64,000 nt of DNA. Origin: Diplonema japonicum. Lineage: Eukaryota > Protista > Euglenozoa: Diplonemea. Of the stretch, positions 1-11,732 are shown piece by piece. The DNA lies in assembly GCA_964019335.1 (NCBI GenBank), contig OZ025694.1, positions 124,001 through 188,000 of the forward strand, written 5' to 3'. The first letter of the stretch is position 1, and each line of letters opens with the position of its first letter. A program made the translations under genes and the position numbers. Under the pieces are notes generated by a model. The model was not told the origin of the DNA. It worked only from the letters and a program-made list of their open reading frames with translations, and searched no databases.

Positions 1-155
1 CTTACTTTGTCCGCTCGTGTCATATTTCTCTTCATTTTACTTTTTTTTTTTTTTTTTTTTTGCATCTTTTGTTCTATTCTTTTGATGGATGAAATCCTAT
101 TTAAGTTAACAGGAGTTAGCCGTGAAGAGCAGTTGGAATCCAACAAAAAAAAGAA

Positions 156-3118
156 ATGAGTGCTTTTTCATGGTTTGATGTGAAACATAGCAGTGATGTG
201 AGTGAAAGTAATTTCAACGGGGACGTGGACTGGGATGCACTCTTGGAAGCTGCATTAGAAGAGCAAGACGTTGTCTTGGATGAGCACCAGGTATGCAGCA
301 ACACAACACAACACAACACAACACAACACAACACAACACAACACAACACAACACAACACAACACAACACAACACAACACAACACAACACAACACAACACA
401 ACACAACACAACACAACACAACACAACACAACACAACACAACACAACACAACACAACACAACACAGGACGACGAGGACCTTGAAATGGAGCTTGAGGCTG
501 CTCTGGAGGAGCAGGAGCAAGAGTGGGAGGAGGACGACGAGGACGACGAAGAAGACGAGCAGGCGGAGCCCGATGAGGACGACCGGGAGGACGAGGTGGA
601 CGAGGACGACGAGGAGCCGGAGCAGCCGCCCGAGCCATGGATGCTTCCCCTCCCGGAGGTGACGAACAACATCTACCTGAAGTCGTACTTCCCTGTGCTG
701 AAGTGGAACCCGCAAAAGTCTTTCGGGCCGTCTGACCGTCGGGTGTGGGTGGTGGACCACTTCGCGAAGTCGTTCTACTGCCTGGACGCGAAGGGGAAGA
801 TGAAGAAGCAGCACGACGCGAACAAGCTGCTGCAGCTGGAGCGGAACGTGATGGACCCGCGTCGGGCGAGGCTGATGTTCTTCGACGCACCGAAGTCGTA
901 CGAGATTGTGTTCCCGAGCAACGAGGAGAGGGAGCGGTTCTACGAGACAGGGTCGTCGATCCGTCCGGCGATCCGGGTGTACGCGCCGAGCCTGACGAAG
1001 CCGGACACGGCGCACGACGGGGGGTCGACGACGACGACGATCGACGGGATCAAGGAGAACGCGGTGACGCAGAAGGTCCCGAACCCGTTCAAGAAGACGG
1101 GGGAGCTGGTGGACAGGGAGCTGAGCGGGAGGTGCAAGATCAACTCGAGCAAGGTGCAGGATGAGCCCGTGTCGGTGTGGACGGGGACCTTCAACATGTG
1201 TGGGGCGCCGCCCCCTCGGGACCCGTCGACCTTGGAGAAGTGGATGCCGCGCGGGAAGTACGACCTGTACGCGGTGGGGGCACAAGAGTGCTCCTACCAG
1301 AAGGACGAGGGGGAGTGGTTCTCGTACGTGCAGGAGTACCTCGGGAAGGACTACCTCACCCTGGCGAGCATGCAGGTGTGGGACATCACGGTGATCGTGC
1401 TCTGCAGGAAGAAGTGCCTGTTGAAGGTGACGAACGTGGAGGGGTCGACGAAGGCGACCCTGCACAAGGAGAAGTGCGGGATGAAGGGGGCCGCCGGGAT
1501 CTGCCTGAAGTTCCACAACACGTCGATGGCGTTCGTGTCGTGCCACCTCGCGGCGAGGCTGGAGAGGAACAAGATGAGGCGCATCAACGTGGAGGAGATC
1601 GTGAACCAGATCCAGCTCGCGAACAAGGATGTGGACCTCTCGTCTCAGTTCCACCACGTCTTCTGGATGGGGGACATGAACTACAGGGTGGAGATGGAGC
1701 ACGCGGAGGCGGAGCCCCTGATCAAGGGGAACCAGTTCAACGAGCTGTTGAACCAGGACCAGCTGACGACGGAGATGCGGGAGAACGACCTCCTGAGGGG
1801 GTTCAAGGAGGCTCCCATCACCTTCGCCCCGACCTACCGGTTCAAGACGGGGTCCAAGGACTACATGAGGGACAGGGGACGTGCCCCGAGCTACACGGAC
1901 CGCATCCTCGTGAAGTCCATGAGGAACACGAACATCAAGTGCACCGGCTACAACTCGGCGGAGGGTGTCCACACGAGCGAGCACGTCCCGGTGTCGGCGA
2001 CCTACGTGGTGCGCTGCGTCCGCCCGCACATGTCGTGCTTCCACAGGGACCAGGAGCCGAGGCCACAGTTCGAGTTCTCATCCGTGAAGTTCGTGGAGCA
2101 GGACCACCTCATGTTCAGGAAGCCGCTCGTCATGATGTACACCCCTTTCTCGGAGCACGCCCACAAGGGGAAGGCCATGAAGGCCTCGACCATGCTCCCG
2201 GAGTTCACCGGGGAGCACCTCCCGGAGCCCGTGAAGTGCTCCGTTCAGATGACCGAGTACCTCGAGAAGCACTCCCTCATCATGGTCTTCAGGGACCAGG
2301 CCGAGCCCAGGGAGGACAAGATGTTCAGGGGTGCTGCCGTCATGGAGCTCGACGGCAGGGTCGAGCCCTACGACGAGGAGAGGACCGAGGACATCGAGGT
2401 CCTGTGCTTGGGACGCAAGATCGGAATCGTTCGCGTCACCTACAAGGTGTGTGTCTTTTGTTCCCCCTTTTTTATTTTATTTTATTATTCTTCTATTTCT
2501 TTTTCACAAAACAAAACACAAACTCAGGTCACGAACTACGGTTACACTCCCCCCCCAGGTGGTGCTCCTGGCCGTGTGCCTGAAGAGGTCTTGATGGACG
2601 AAAGGACTGACCAAGTCTCTGAAGAGGAGGAAGAGGTACAGGGTAAAGGTTCAAAGTACATAAAGTATGGTGAAGCCTTGAAGGTGGTGTCACGAGACCG
2701 ATCTGTGCAGATGGACGTAAGCAAGGAGACAATGAAGGTAGAGCAGGTTGCAAGCCATGATAGCTGGGCTACAAGGTTCACCGTGCGAAGCAGGGAAGGG
2801 AAGGAAGACGGTGAGCTCGTGACTTTTGACGATGTGGTACAGCTGGTGACAATCCAGGGAGACAAATGCGTGGATATTAGCCAAAACGCATTAAAGACGG
2901 AGATCAGTGTTTCTGCAGAGAGCAGCAGGACGCGAACAATGACCTTCACATCACAGGATAACACAGACGGGGACTGTGTGAAATTTGGTGACGTTGTAAA
3001 ACTTCTCACCAAAGACAGAAAGAGCTGCTTCGATGCTGGTGGAGCTTGCGTGCTAAACGAGATACCCTCCACAAGCAACACTTATGGGAACAGCTTGCGG
3101 TTCGAGCCTGTTGTCTAG
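156..3118 (+). CDS. Inositol polyphosphate 5-phosphatase, short paralog (~901 aa; exons 156-290, 467-2446, 2528-3118): PH-like + 5-phosphatase + C2-like + putative C-terminal beta-trefoil
   Basis: 5-phosphatase motifs FWMGDMNYR and PSYTDRIL, plus GTFNM and AVGAQEC. GT-AG introns 291-466 and 2447-2527 join the frames, and their positions match the second copy. Poly-Y tract at 1-80 upstream. Confidence 0.85.
299..465. repeat. (CAACA)n microsatellite, ~33 units, filling intron 1
   Basis: Directly visible; bounded by GTATG donor (291) and CAG acceptor (466). Confidence 0.97.
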
Positions 3119-3282
3119 AAGTTTATGGTTGGTTTTTTTTTCCCCCCTTTTTTTTTTCTCTTTTTTATCTAAAAAGAGAGAGTTCTTTTTTTTTTTTTTT
3201 TTCCCCCACCAGAACTTGGAACCCAATTTGTGACCGAGCAAAAGAACTTCTTTCTTTTTTTAATTTTTTTTTTGTTTTAACA

Positions 3283-3390
3283 ATATTATTGTCGAGACTA
3301 AAAACTAGTTGATGGCAGCGTAATGAGCTATTTTATTAGGTAAAATTCCGCTCGTGCGCGCAAACAAATGGAGCGCCAAACTAGTTTTTT
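3283..3390. repeat. ~105-bp dispersed repeat (copy 1) with imperfect AAAACTAGTT...AACTAGTTTT inverted ends
   Basis: Clear similarity to 21463-21570 (shared gtcgagac-aaaactagttgatggcagcgtaatgagctattttatt...cgctcgtgcgc...agcgccaaactagtttt). Confidence 0.75.
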
Positions 3391-3422
3391 TAAAGTTCCC
3401 CTAGCTTCTTCTTTCATTTTTT

Positions 3423-3459
3423 AGGCGTCCTGCCACATACCGCAGGTACCCTTAAATGT

Positions 3460-3462
<3 letters not shown>
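3423..3462. repeat. 40-nt hairpin element embedded in T-tracts (copy A)
   Basis: AGGCGTCCTGCCACATACCGCAGGTACCCTTAAATGTCTC; further copies at 24952, 26818, 29295. Confidence 0.85.
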
Positions 3463-3502
<40 letters not shown>

Positions 3503-3689
3503 GTACCAAAAAAAAAAGGACCTTTTATTAGTAACCTTAACAAAAGGGGGAGGAAAGGGGAGGAAAAAAGTATACTTTTCCATTTCTTTTTTTCAAAGTT
3601 TACAAAACTCGTGCCCATAAAACAAAATGCCCCCCCCCCCCCCCCCCGGAAAAAAATAGTTTTTTCTTCTTCTTTCTCACCCCCCCGTA

Positions 3690-4096
3690 TGAGCTCGTCC
3701 GGACGAAAATGTTCTCCCCACCCCATTTTAATAGTGATTTAGAATCCAGCCCACCCAAAATGACCCCAAAGGATTCACAGATTTTCAATCTGCGTCCATT
3801 CCTCCTGTCGCGGGTTTGCGGGTTTGCGCTTTTCACGGAAAAACGAAAATAAAGAATGGCGTCTGGGTTATTTGTAACTTCGTTTGCCAAAAACCATTCT
3901 AAAAAACATGTTTTTGCACGTGCGTTTTAAAAATATAAAACAAACGGCGAGCATTTTGACCTATATGGTGTTCAAGCTTAGACTGCATTTCTGCACACAA
4001 AGTGGTGTCGGACTACTTTTTTACTTAGAAATTTAACGGGGGGGTTTTCTGCCGCATAGGAGGGTCATTTGTTGACATTTTTTCCGGACGAGCTCA
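3690..4096. mobile_element. Non-autonomous TIR element (MITE), Tc1/mariner-type TA target duplication
   Basis: TA|TGAGCTCGTCCGGA...TCCGGACGAGCTCA|TA: 14-bp perfect TIR, extending imperfectly; no ORF. Confidence 0.85.
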
Positions 4097-4204
4097 TATA
4101 ATATTATATTCTTTTTTTTGCGGTAGCACATTCCCCTTTATTCTCTCACAGGTAGCTCTTAGCTGAGTTTTCATTCTCCCCTATATATACAAAAATATTT
4201 CAAG

Positions 4205-7200
4205 ATGCCCGGTGATGAAAAAGAGGACATTGAGGCGGCGGCGAGGGAGAGGCGTAACTTGAGGGGGAACAACTTGTTCGAGAACCTTGGAGGTCCGATC
4301 AAGAATATTATCACCCAGATTGAGAAGGAAGGGAAGAATGTCGACGACCAGACCCTGGCTCTGCTGCACCACATTACTGTGAAGCAGCTTGCAAGGATCT
4401 TCGACATGTTGAACGAGGGACAGGACCCCGAGACCATCCTAGCCTGGCTCAAGAGACGTGCGCGCAAGAACAAAAAAGCCGAAGACGATAACCTCGACGA
4501 ACGCAAAAGACTCGTGAACACCGGTGCTGAACGTGACCCCATTGCCTTCTACAAGGCCATTGAGGCCGCCAACGCCAAGCAGCAAGAAGAATACGAACAG
4601 ATGGAGGAAGAGCGTGCGCAGCTCCGTCTCGCAAAGGTAAATGAGAGGGAGAAGGCCCGCAAGCAAAAAGAAAAAGACCTCGAAGAAGCCAAGAAGGCCA
4701 TGGAAGACGATGGCGGCTGGTGGAAAGCCACCGACTACATGCCCCAGAAGGACAAGTCCGCCATCAACAACGCCTTCGAGAAGTTCGCCAACAAGAACTC
4801 CGAGTTCGACAACAGCAACAAGGACCAGGACGGCGAGTGGTGGAAGAAAGACCCGTACAGGAGGGACTGGGAGAGGAACAAGGGTAAGGGAAAGAAATGG
4901 ACGGCCGTGATGCAAGGCGCGGAGGAAAAAGCGACCGAACCAGAGCTCGCCGTCAGGGAGGAGTTCTACAAGGGCAACGACTGGTGGAAGGCCGGGAAGT
5001 ACAAGAAGGACTGGGAAAACACCCGCGATGCCGACTGGTGGAAGGAGGAGCCTTACATCAAGGACTGGCAGCAGAACAAGCATGAGGGTACGAGGTGGAA
5101 GGCTGCTGACGAGGAGAGCGGGCTGGAGTCCGAGGGGCACGTCTACCCCTCCACCCCCGAGGAGCAGAAGCGCCGTGAGGACTGGTACAAAGCGAACGGC
5201 CCACGCGGTGTGGTGAAGAAGTGGAACGCGGCTACTGAGGGTGACCCGGAGAAGTGCAGTGTCCCTGAGAAGCACGCCCGTGAGGAGTTCTACAGGAACG
5301 GCGACTGGTGGAAGAACGACGATGCCAGGCAAGACTTCAAGGATCGCGGGCTGGACGCCGACGCCCTCAAGTTCGCGGCCAAGCCGCAGGACCAAGAGTG
5401 GTGGAAGCAGGAGCCCTACCGTGAGGACTTCTTCAAGAACGGCGGCAACGGGAAGAAGTGGCCTGCCACCACGGAAGAGGCTGCCGTTGAAAACCAGGGC
5501 GACAAGAAACCCGCTCCCGACATGGAGAAGCAGCGTAGGGAGAAGTGGTACAAGGACAACTGGTGGAAGCAGGACAAGTACAAGGACGACTGGAAGAAGA
5601 ACGGAAAGAACGGAAAGGGCTGGAAGGCACCTACTCAAGCCGAGGCGGAGGCAGGGAAGTACCCCAAGCCTGTTGGCGAGGCGGAGAAGACGAAGCGCGA
5701 GGATTGGTACAAGAACGCCGACGACGAGTGGTGGAAGCAGCCCGAGTGCATTGAGGACTTCTTCCAGAAGGGTCCTGAGGGCAGGCACTGGCCCGCCAAG
5801 ACACTCAACGACTCCGAGCTGGGGAAGGGCAAGGAGAACCCCGCGCCTGCTGCCGAGAAGAAGAAGCGTGAGGACTGGTACCGCCAGAACTGGTGGAAGC
5901 AGCCCAAATACTCCGAAGACTTCCACAAGAACGGTCCCCAGGGTGCTGCATGGACTGGGAAGAACGACGACCCCATGGTGGACAAGGAGTGGTGGAAGCA
6001 GGCCCCGTTCATCGAGAACTGGACGAAGTGCATGAAGCCAAAGTCCCAACCCGAAGGTCAGGAGTGGTGGAAGCAGCCGCAGTACGTCGAGGACTTCCAG
6101 TTGGCTGGGCCCAAGGGGAGGAAGTGGACTGCCGACAACGAGACCTCGGGCATTGGGGGCAAGGGCGACAAGCCTGCGCCCAGCGACGAGCAGAAGAAGC
6201 GCGAGGACTGGTACGGCGACAACTGGTGGAAGGCACCGAAGTACGCGATGGACTGGGCTAAGAACAGGGGCAAAGGTGAACAGTGGCGTGCGGCGAACAA
6301 GGACGCGGCTGACGACAAGAAGCGTGGTGCCTCGAAGGAGCCGTGTGACGAGACGCAACAGAAGATGCGTGACGCCTGGTACCGCCCCACCGGTGACATG
6401 TGGAACGCTTCCGGAGAGAACGAAGGTTTCGCCAAGAAGGCAGCTGAGAACCCGTGCACGAAGGCTGAGGCCATCAACAGGGACGAATGGTACCGCACCA
6501 ACTGGTGGAAGGCACCCGATTACGTTGATGACTGGAAGAAGAACGGTGCCGCGGGGAAGAAGTGGCCTGCGGGGAACGAGGCAGCTGGAAAGACTGGGGG
6601 TGCCGACAAGGACCCTGCCAGCGATGACGAGAAAGAGAAGAGGGACGAGTGGTACCGCAACGCCGCTGACATGGACTGGTGGAAGGAGCCGCAGTACTGC
6701 GAGGACTGGGGCCAGAACGGGAAGGACGGTGCCATGTGGACTGCTGACAACCGCCCCAACGCCAACAGGGCTGGTGGCAAAGAACACCCTTGCACTCCCG
6801 CAGAGAACGATGCCAGGGACCAGTGGTACAAAGACAACTGGTGGAAGACACCCGCATGCGTGGACGACTGGAAGAAGAACGGCAAGAGCGGTCCTATGTG
6901 CGGGAGGAAGAAGCCTTCTTCGATGGACAGGCAGGACCCCGAGACCATTGGTGACGGGTGGTGGAAGAAGCCCGAGTACATTGAGGACTGGCTGAAGAAC
7001 CCCGCTGACGGCAGGCACTGGACTGGCGAGGACCCCGTGGCTGCGGCGGCGGGTCAGGGACACAAGAAGCCGTGCGACGACGACGAGAAGGCAAAGCGTG
7101 ATCAGTGGTACAAAGACAACTGGTGGAAGGCGCCCTCGTGTGCTGACGACTGGTCGAAGGCAGGTGCCAACGGAAAGAAGTGGACTGGCACTGACCCTGA

Positions 7201-10200
7201 CACCACTCGCGAGGATGAGGGAGACAAGCGCCCTGCTAACCCCGAGGAGAAGGACAAGCGTGAGGACTGGTACCGCAAGCATGGTGACGGTGATGACTGG
7301 TGGAAGCGCCCTGAGTTCATCGAAGACTACCAGGGGGCTGGCCCGAGCGGCAAGAAGTGGACTGCCGGGAACCCCACTGCCGGTGCCCTGGGGCTTGGTC
7401 ACGACTGCCCTGCGTCTGGACCAGAGAAGAAGAAGCGCGAGGACTGGTACAAAGACAACTGGTGGAAGGCACCCAAGTTCCAGGACGACTGGTCTCGTGG
7501 ACCAACAGGCAAGGGAGAGTGGAAGAAGGACGCCACTGCACCCGAGGAAAAGAAGAGAGACGCGTGGTACCGTCAGAACAAGGGCGACCCTGCATCCCCT
7601 GAGGAGAAGGACGAGAGGGAGGCCTGGTACAGGAAGCACCCCAGGGAGCCGTCTGGTGCGCAGCTTGGGAAGCGTGAGGATTGGTACAGGGGCAGGCTGT
7701 CCGACGACGACAAGGCGAAGCGTATGGACTGGCTCCGCGACCGTGGTGACAATGACAAGCGAATCCTTGCTACGGAGCTTCCCGAGGCACTTGCCGCGAT
7801 CAACGAAGGGCACGCCCCGACAGACAAGCAGCTGAAGGACATCATGGACCGCATCGACTGGAACAGAAAGGGCGACAAGGACGACTTCGATGACAGCCCC
7901 GAAGGTGCATCTGGCAGAAAGCGTGGCGTGGCAGACGACGACGATGAGGAGCCCACGATCACGCAGGATGAGTTCTTTAAGGCAGTTGCCGACACCAACT
8001 TCTACGTCGCACCTGACAAAGACGAGCTTGAGATGCAGGCCGAGGAGGAGAAGATCGATCAAGAGAAGGATGAAATGGCCCGCCAGGAAGAAGAGCTTGC
8101 CTACCTTGCCATGGACGCCGAAGAAGAGGAAAAGAAGAAGCCCGAGCAGTGGCAGCGTCGAGGCGCTCCCACCGACGACAGCTGGTGGAAGAAGCCCGAG
8201 ATGATCGAGGAGTACCAGAAGGACCCCGAGGACCCCGATGCCATGTGGAGGAGGGATATCGAGAACGGCAAGTCGCCTGCTTCGGAGGATGAGCAAGCCG
8301 AAAGGGAGAAGTGGATGAAGGACAACTGGTGGAAGGCACCCAAGTTCTCGACGGAGTGGAGAAGAGACGGCGAAGCTGGCGACAACTGGAAGAAGTCCGC
8401 ACGCCCTGACGAGGACGAGGACGGGATGGTCAGGGACGACGACGAAACTCCGGAGGCAACCGAAGAGGAGCTCAAGGAAAGAGAGAACTGGTTCAAGAAT
8501 GCCAAAAACCCCGAGCGTACCTTCAAGGAGGAGGAAGACGAATGGTGGAAGACCCCAGAGAACGTGGAAGACTTCCAGGATGGCGGTGACGGCTGCATGC
8601 GCGATGCTGATGAAGACGAGAAGGCTGAACGTGAGCAGTGGTTCAAGGACAACTGGTGGAAAGCCCCGAAGCACATGGAAAGCTGGTCCAAGGCTAAGGA
8701 AGAGCCTGAAGATGAGAAGCAGACTTGGAACCGTGCTGCTGCCCCGCCTGAAGAGGATGACGACGGGATGAAGAGGGACGACGAGGAACCATTTGTCGGC
8801 GAGAAGCTCGAACCCGAACAGGAGGCTGAGCGTGATGCATGGTACAGGAAGGCTGTCGAACCCTTCCAGGGCGAAAAGCTGGATGAAGACCCGTTCCACG
8901 GCGAGAAGCTCAAGGACGAGGACCCGTTCACTGGTGAGAAGCTCAAGGACGACGATCCGTTTAACGGTGAGAAGCTCAAGGACGAGGATCCGTTTAACGG
9001 CGAAAAGCTCAAGGACGACGATCCATTCAACGGTGAGAAGCTCAAGGACGAGGATCCGTTCAACGGCGAAAAGCTCAAGGACGAGGACCCGTTCAACGGT
9101 GAGAAGCTCAAGGACGAGGATCCGTTCAACGGTGAGAAGCTCAACGATGAGGAACCGTTCAACGGCGAAAAGCTCAACGATGAGGAACCGTTTGACGGTG
9201 AGAAGCTTGAAGACGAGGACCCGTTCAACGGTGAGAAGTTCTTGAACGAGGATGACGCTGAGGATGACCCCGAATGGGAAGACCCTGTGGAGGAGGCGAT
9301 GCTCGAGGAGGACAACAGGAACGACGAAGACGAAGAGATGGACGACGATGAGCCTGAGAAGGATGAAGAGGCCGCTTGGAACGACCTCGATGACGAAGAT
9401 GAGGTCGAACTCGATGACGATCCTGAAGAAGAAGAGGAGGAGGAGGAGGACGACGGTGAAGACAACGAGCACCAGGTATGCAGCCCAACGCACAACATAA
9501 TACACAACACAGGACGACGAGGACCTTGAAATGGAGCTTGAGGCTGCTCTGGAGGAGCAGGAGCAAGAGTGGGAGGAGGACGACGAGGACGACGAAGAAG
9601 ACGAGCAGGCGGAGCCCGATGAGGACGACCGGGAGGACGAGGTGGACGAGGACGACGAGGAGCCGGAGCAGCCGCCCGAGCCATGGATGCTTCCCCTCCC
9701 GGAGGTGACGAACAACATCTACCTGAAGTCGTACTTCCCTGTGCTGAAGTGGAACCCGCAAAAGTCTTTCGGGCCGTCTGACCGTCGGGTGTGGGTGGTG
9801 GACCACTTCGCGAAGTCGTTCTACTGCCTGGACGCGAAGGGGAAGATGAAGAAGCAGCACGACGCGAACAAGCTGCTGCAGCTGGAGCGGAACGTGATGG
9901 ACCCGCGTCGGGCGAGGCTGATGTTCTTCGACGCACCGAAGTCGTACGAGATTGTGTTCCCGAGCAACGAGGAGAGGGAGCGGTTCTACGAGACAGGGTC
10001 GTCGATCCGTCCGGCGATCCGGGTGTACGCGCCGAGCCTGACGAAGCCGGACACGGCGCACGACGGGGGGTCGACGACGACGACGATCGACGGGATCAAG
10101 GAGAACGCGGTGACGCAGAAGGTCCCGAACCCGTTCAAGAAGACGGGGGAGCTGGTGGACAGGGAGCTGAGCGGGAGGTGCAAGATCAACTCGAGCAAGG

Positions 10201-11732
10201 TGCAGGATGAGCCCGTGTCGGTGTGGACGGGGACCTTCAACATGTGTGGGGCGCCGCCCCCTCGGGACCCGTCGACCTTGGAGAAGTGGATGCCGCGCGG
10301 GAAGTACGACCTGTACGCGGTGGGGGCACAAGAGTGCTCCTACCAGAAGGACGAGGGGGAGTGGTTCTCGTACGTGCAGGAGTACCTCGGGAAGGACTAC
10401 CTCACCCTGGCGAGCATGCAGGTGTGGGACATCACGGTGATCGTGCTCTGCAGGAAGAAGTGCCTGTTGAAGGTGACGAACGTGGAGGGGTCGACGAAGG
10501 CGACCCTGCACAAGGAGAAGTGCGGGATGAAGGGGGCCGCCGGGATCTGCCTGAAGTTCCACAACACGTCGATGGCGTTCGTGTCGTGCCACCTCGCGGC
10601 GAGGCTGGAGAGGAACAAGATGAGGCGCATCAACGTGGAGGAGATCGTGAACCAGATCCAGCTCGCGAACAAGGATGTGGACCTCTCGTCTCAGTTCCAC
10701 CACGTCTTCTGGATGGGGGACATGAACTACAGGGTGGAGATGGAGCACGCGGAGGCGGAGCCCCTGATCAAGGGGAACCAGTTCAACGAGCTGTTGAACC
10801 AGGACCAGCTGACGACGGAGATGCGGGAGAACGACCTCCTGAGGGGGTTCAAGGAGGCTCCCATCACCTTCGCCCCGACCTACCGGTTCAAGACGGGGTC
10901 CAAGGACTACATGAGGGACAGGGGACGCGCCCCGAGCTACACGGACCGCATCCTCGTGAAGTCCATGAGGAACACGAACATCAAGTGCACCGGCTACAAC
11001 TCGGCGGAGGGTGTCCACACGAGCGAGCACGTCCCGGTGTCGGCGACCTACGTGGTGCGCTGCGTCCGCCCGCACATGTCGTGCTTCCACAGGGACCAGG
11101 AGCCGAGGCCACAGTTCGAGTTCTCATCCGTGAAGTTCGTGGAGCAGGACCACCTCATGTTCAGGAAGCCGCTCGTCATGATGTACACCCCTTTCTCGGA
11201 GCACGCCCACAAGGGGAAGGCCATGAAGGCCTCGACCATGCTCCCGGAGTTCACCGGGGAGCACCTCCCGGAGCCCGTGAAGTGCTCCGTTCAGATGACC
11301 GAGTACCTCGAGAAGCACTCCCTCATCATGGTCTTCAGGGACCAGGCCGAGCCCAGGGAGGACAAGATGTTCAGGGGTGCTGCCGTCATGGAGCTCGACG
11401 GCAGGGTCGAGCCCTACGACGAGGAGAGGACCGAGGACATCGAGGTCCTGTGCTTGGGACGCAAGATCGGAATCGTTCGCGTCACCTACAAGGTGTGTGT
11501 CTTTTGTTCCCCCTTTTTTTTTTATTTTATTTATTATTCTTCTTTTTCAAGGGGGACGTTCCAAAACAGGAACCTCCTTTATCTCATCTCTTCTTTTTCT
11601 CTTTCACAAAACAAAACACAAACTCAGGTCACGAACTACGGTTACACTCCCCCCCCAGGTGGTGCTCCTGGCCGTGTGCCTGAAGAGGTCTTGATGGACG
11701 AAAGGACTGACCAAGTCTCTGAAGAGGAGTAG
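4205..11732 (+). CDS. Giant (~2451 aa) protein: coiled coil + Trp-rich WWK repeats + EF-hand-like segment + 10-aa acidic repeats + PH-like/inositol 5-phosphatase/C2-like (exons 4205-9475, 9513-11492, 11628-11732)
   Basis: A 37-nt GTATG...CAG intron (9476-9512) fuses ORF 4205 in frame to ORF 9531; second intron 11493-11627; catalytic motifs GDMNYR and PSYTDRIL. Confidence 0.85.
8860..9240 (+). repeat. Coding 30-bp tandem repeat (DPFNGEKLKD/E), ~12-13 units
   Basis: Visible in DNA and in translation. Confidence 0.95.

Noticed and set aside
293-466. NTTQH / CCVVL repeat proteins
   Set aside because: Translations of an intronic microsatellite; the paralog shows the same intron without the expansion
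8860-9240. CRISPR-like regular repeats
   Set aside because: Contiguous coding tandem repeats with no unique spacers; eukaryotic context, no cas genes
4439-9718. 1759-aa minus-strand ORF (and 116-2044, 9225-11090, other antisense/alternate-frame ORFs)
   Set aside because: Shadow ORFs caused by high-GC3 codon bias of the + strand genes; no recognisable motifs
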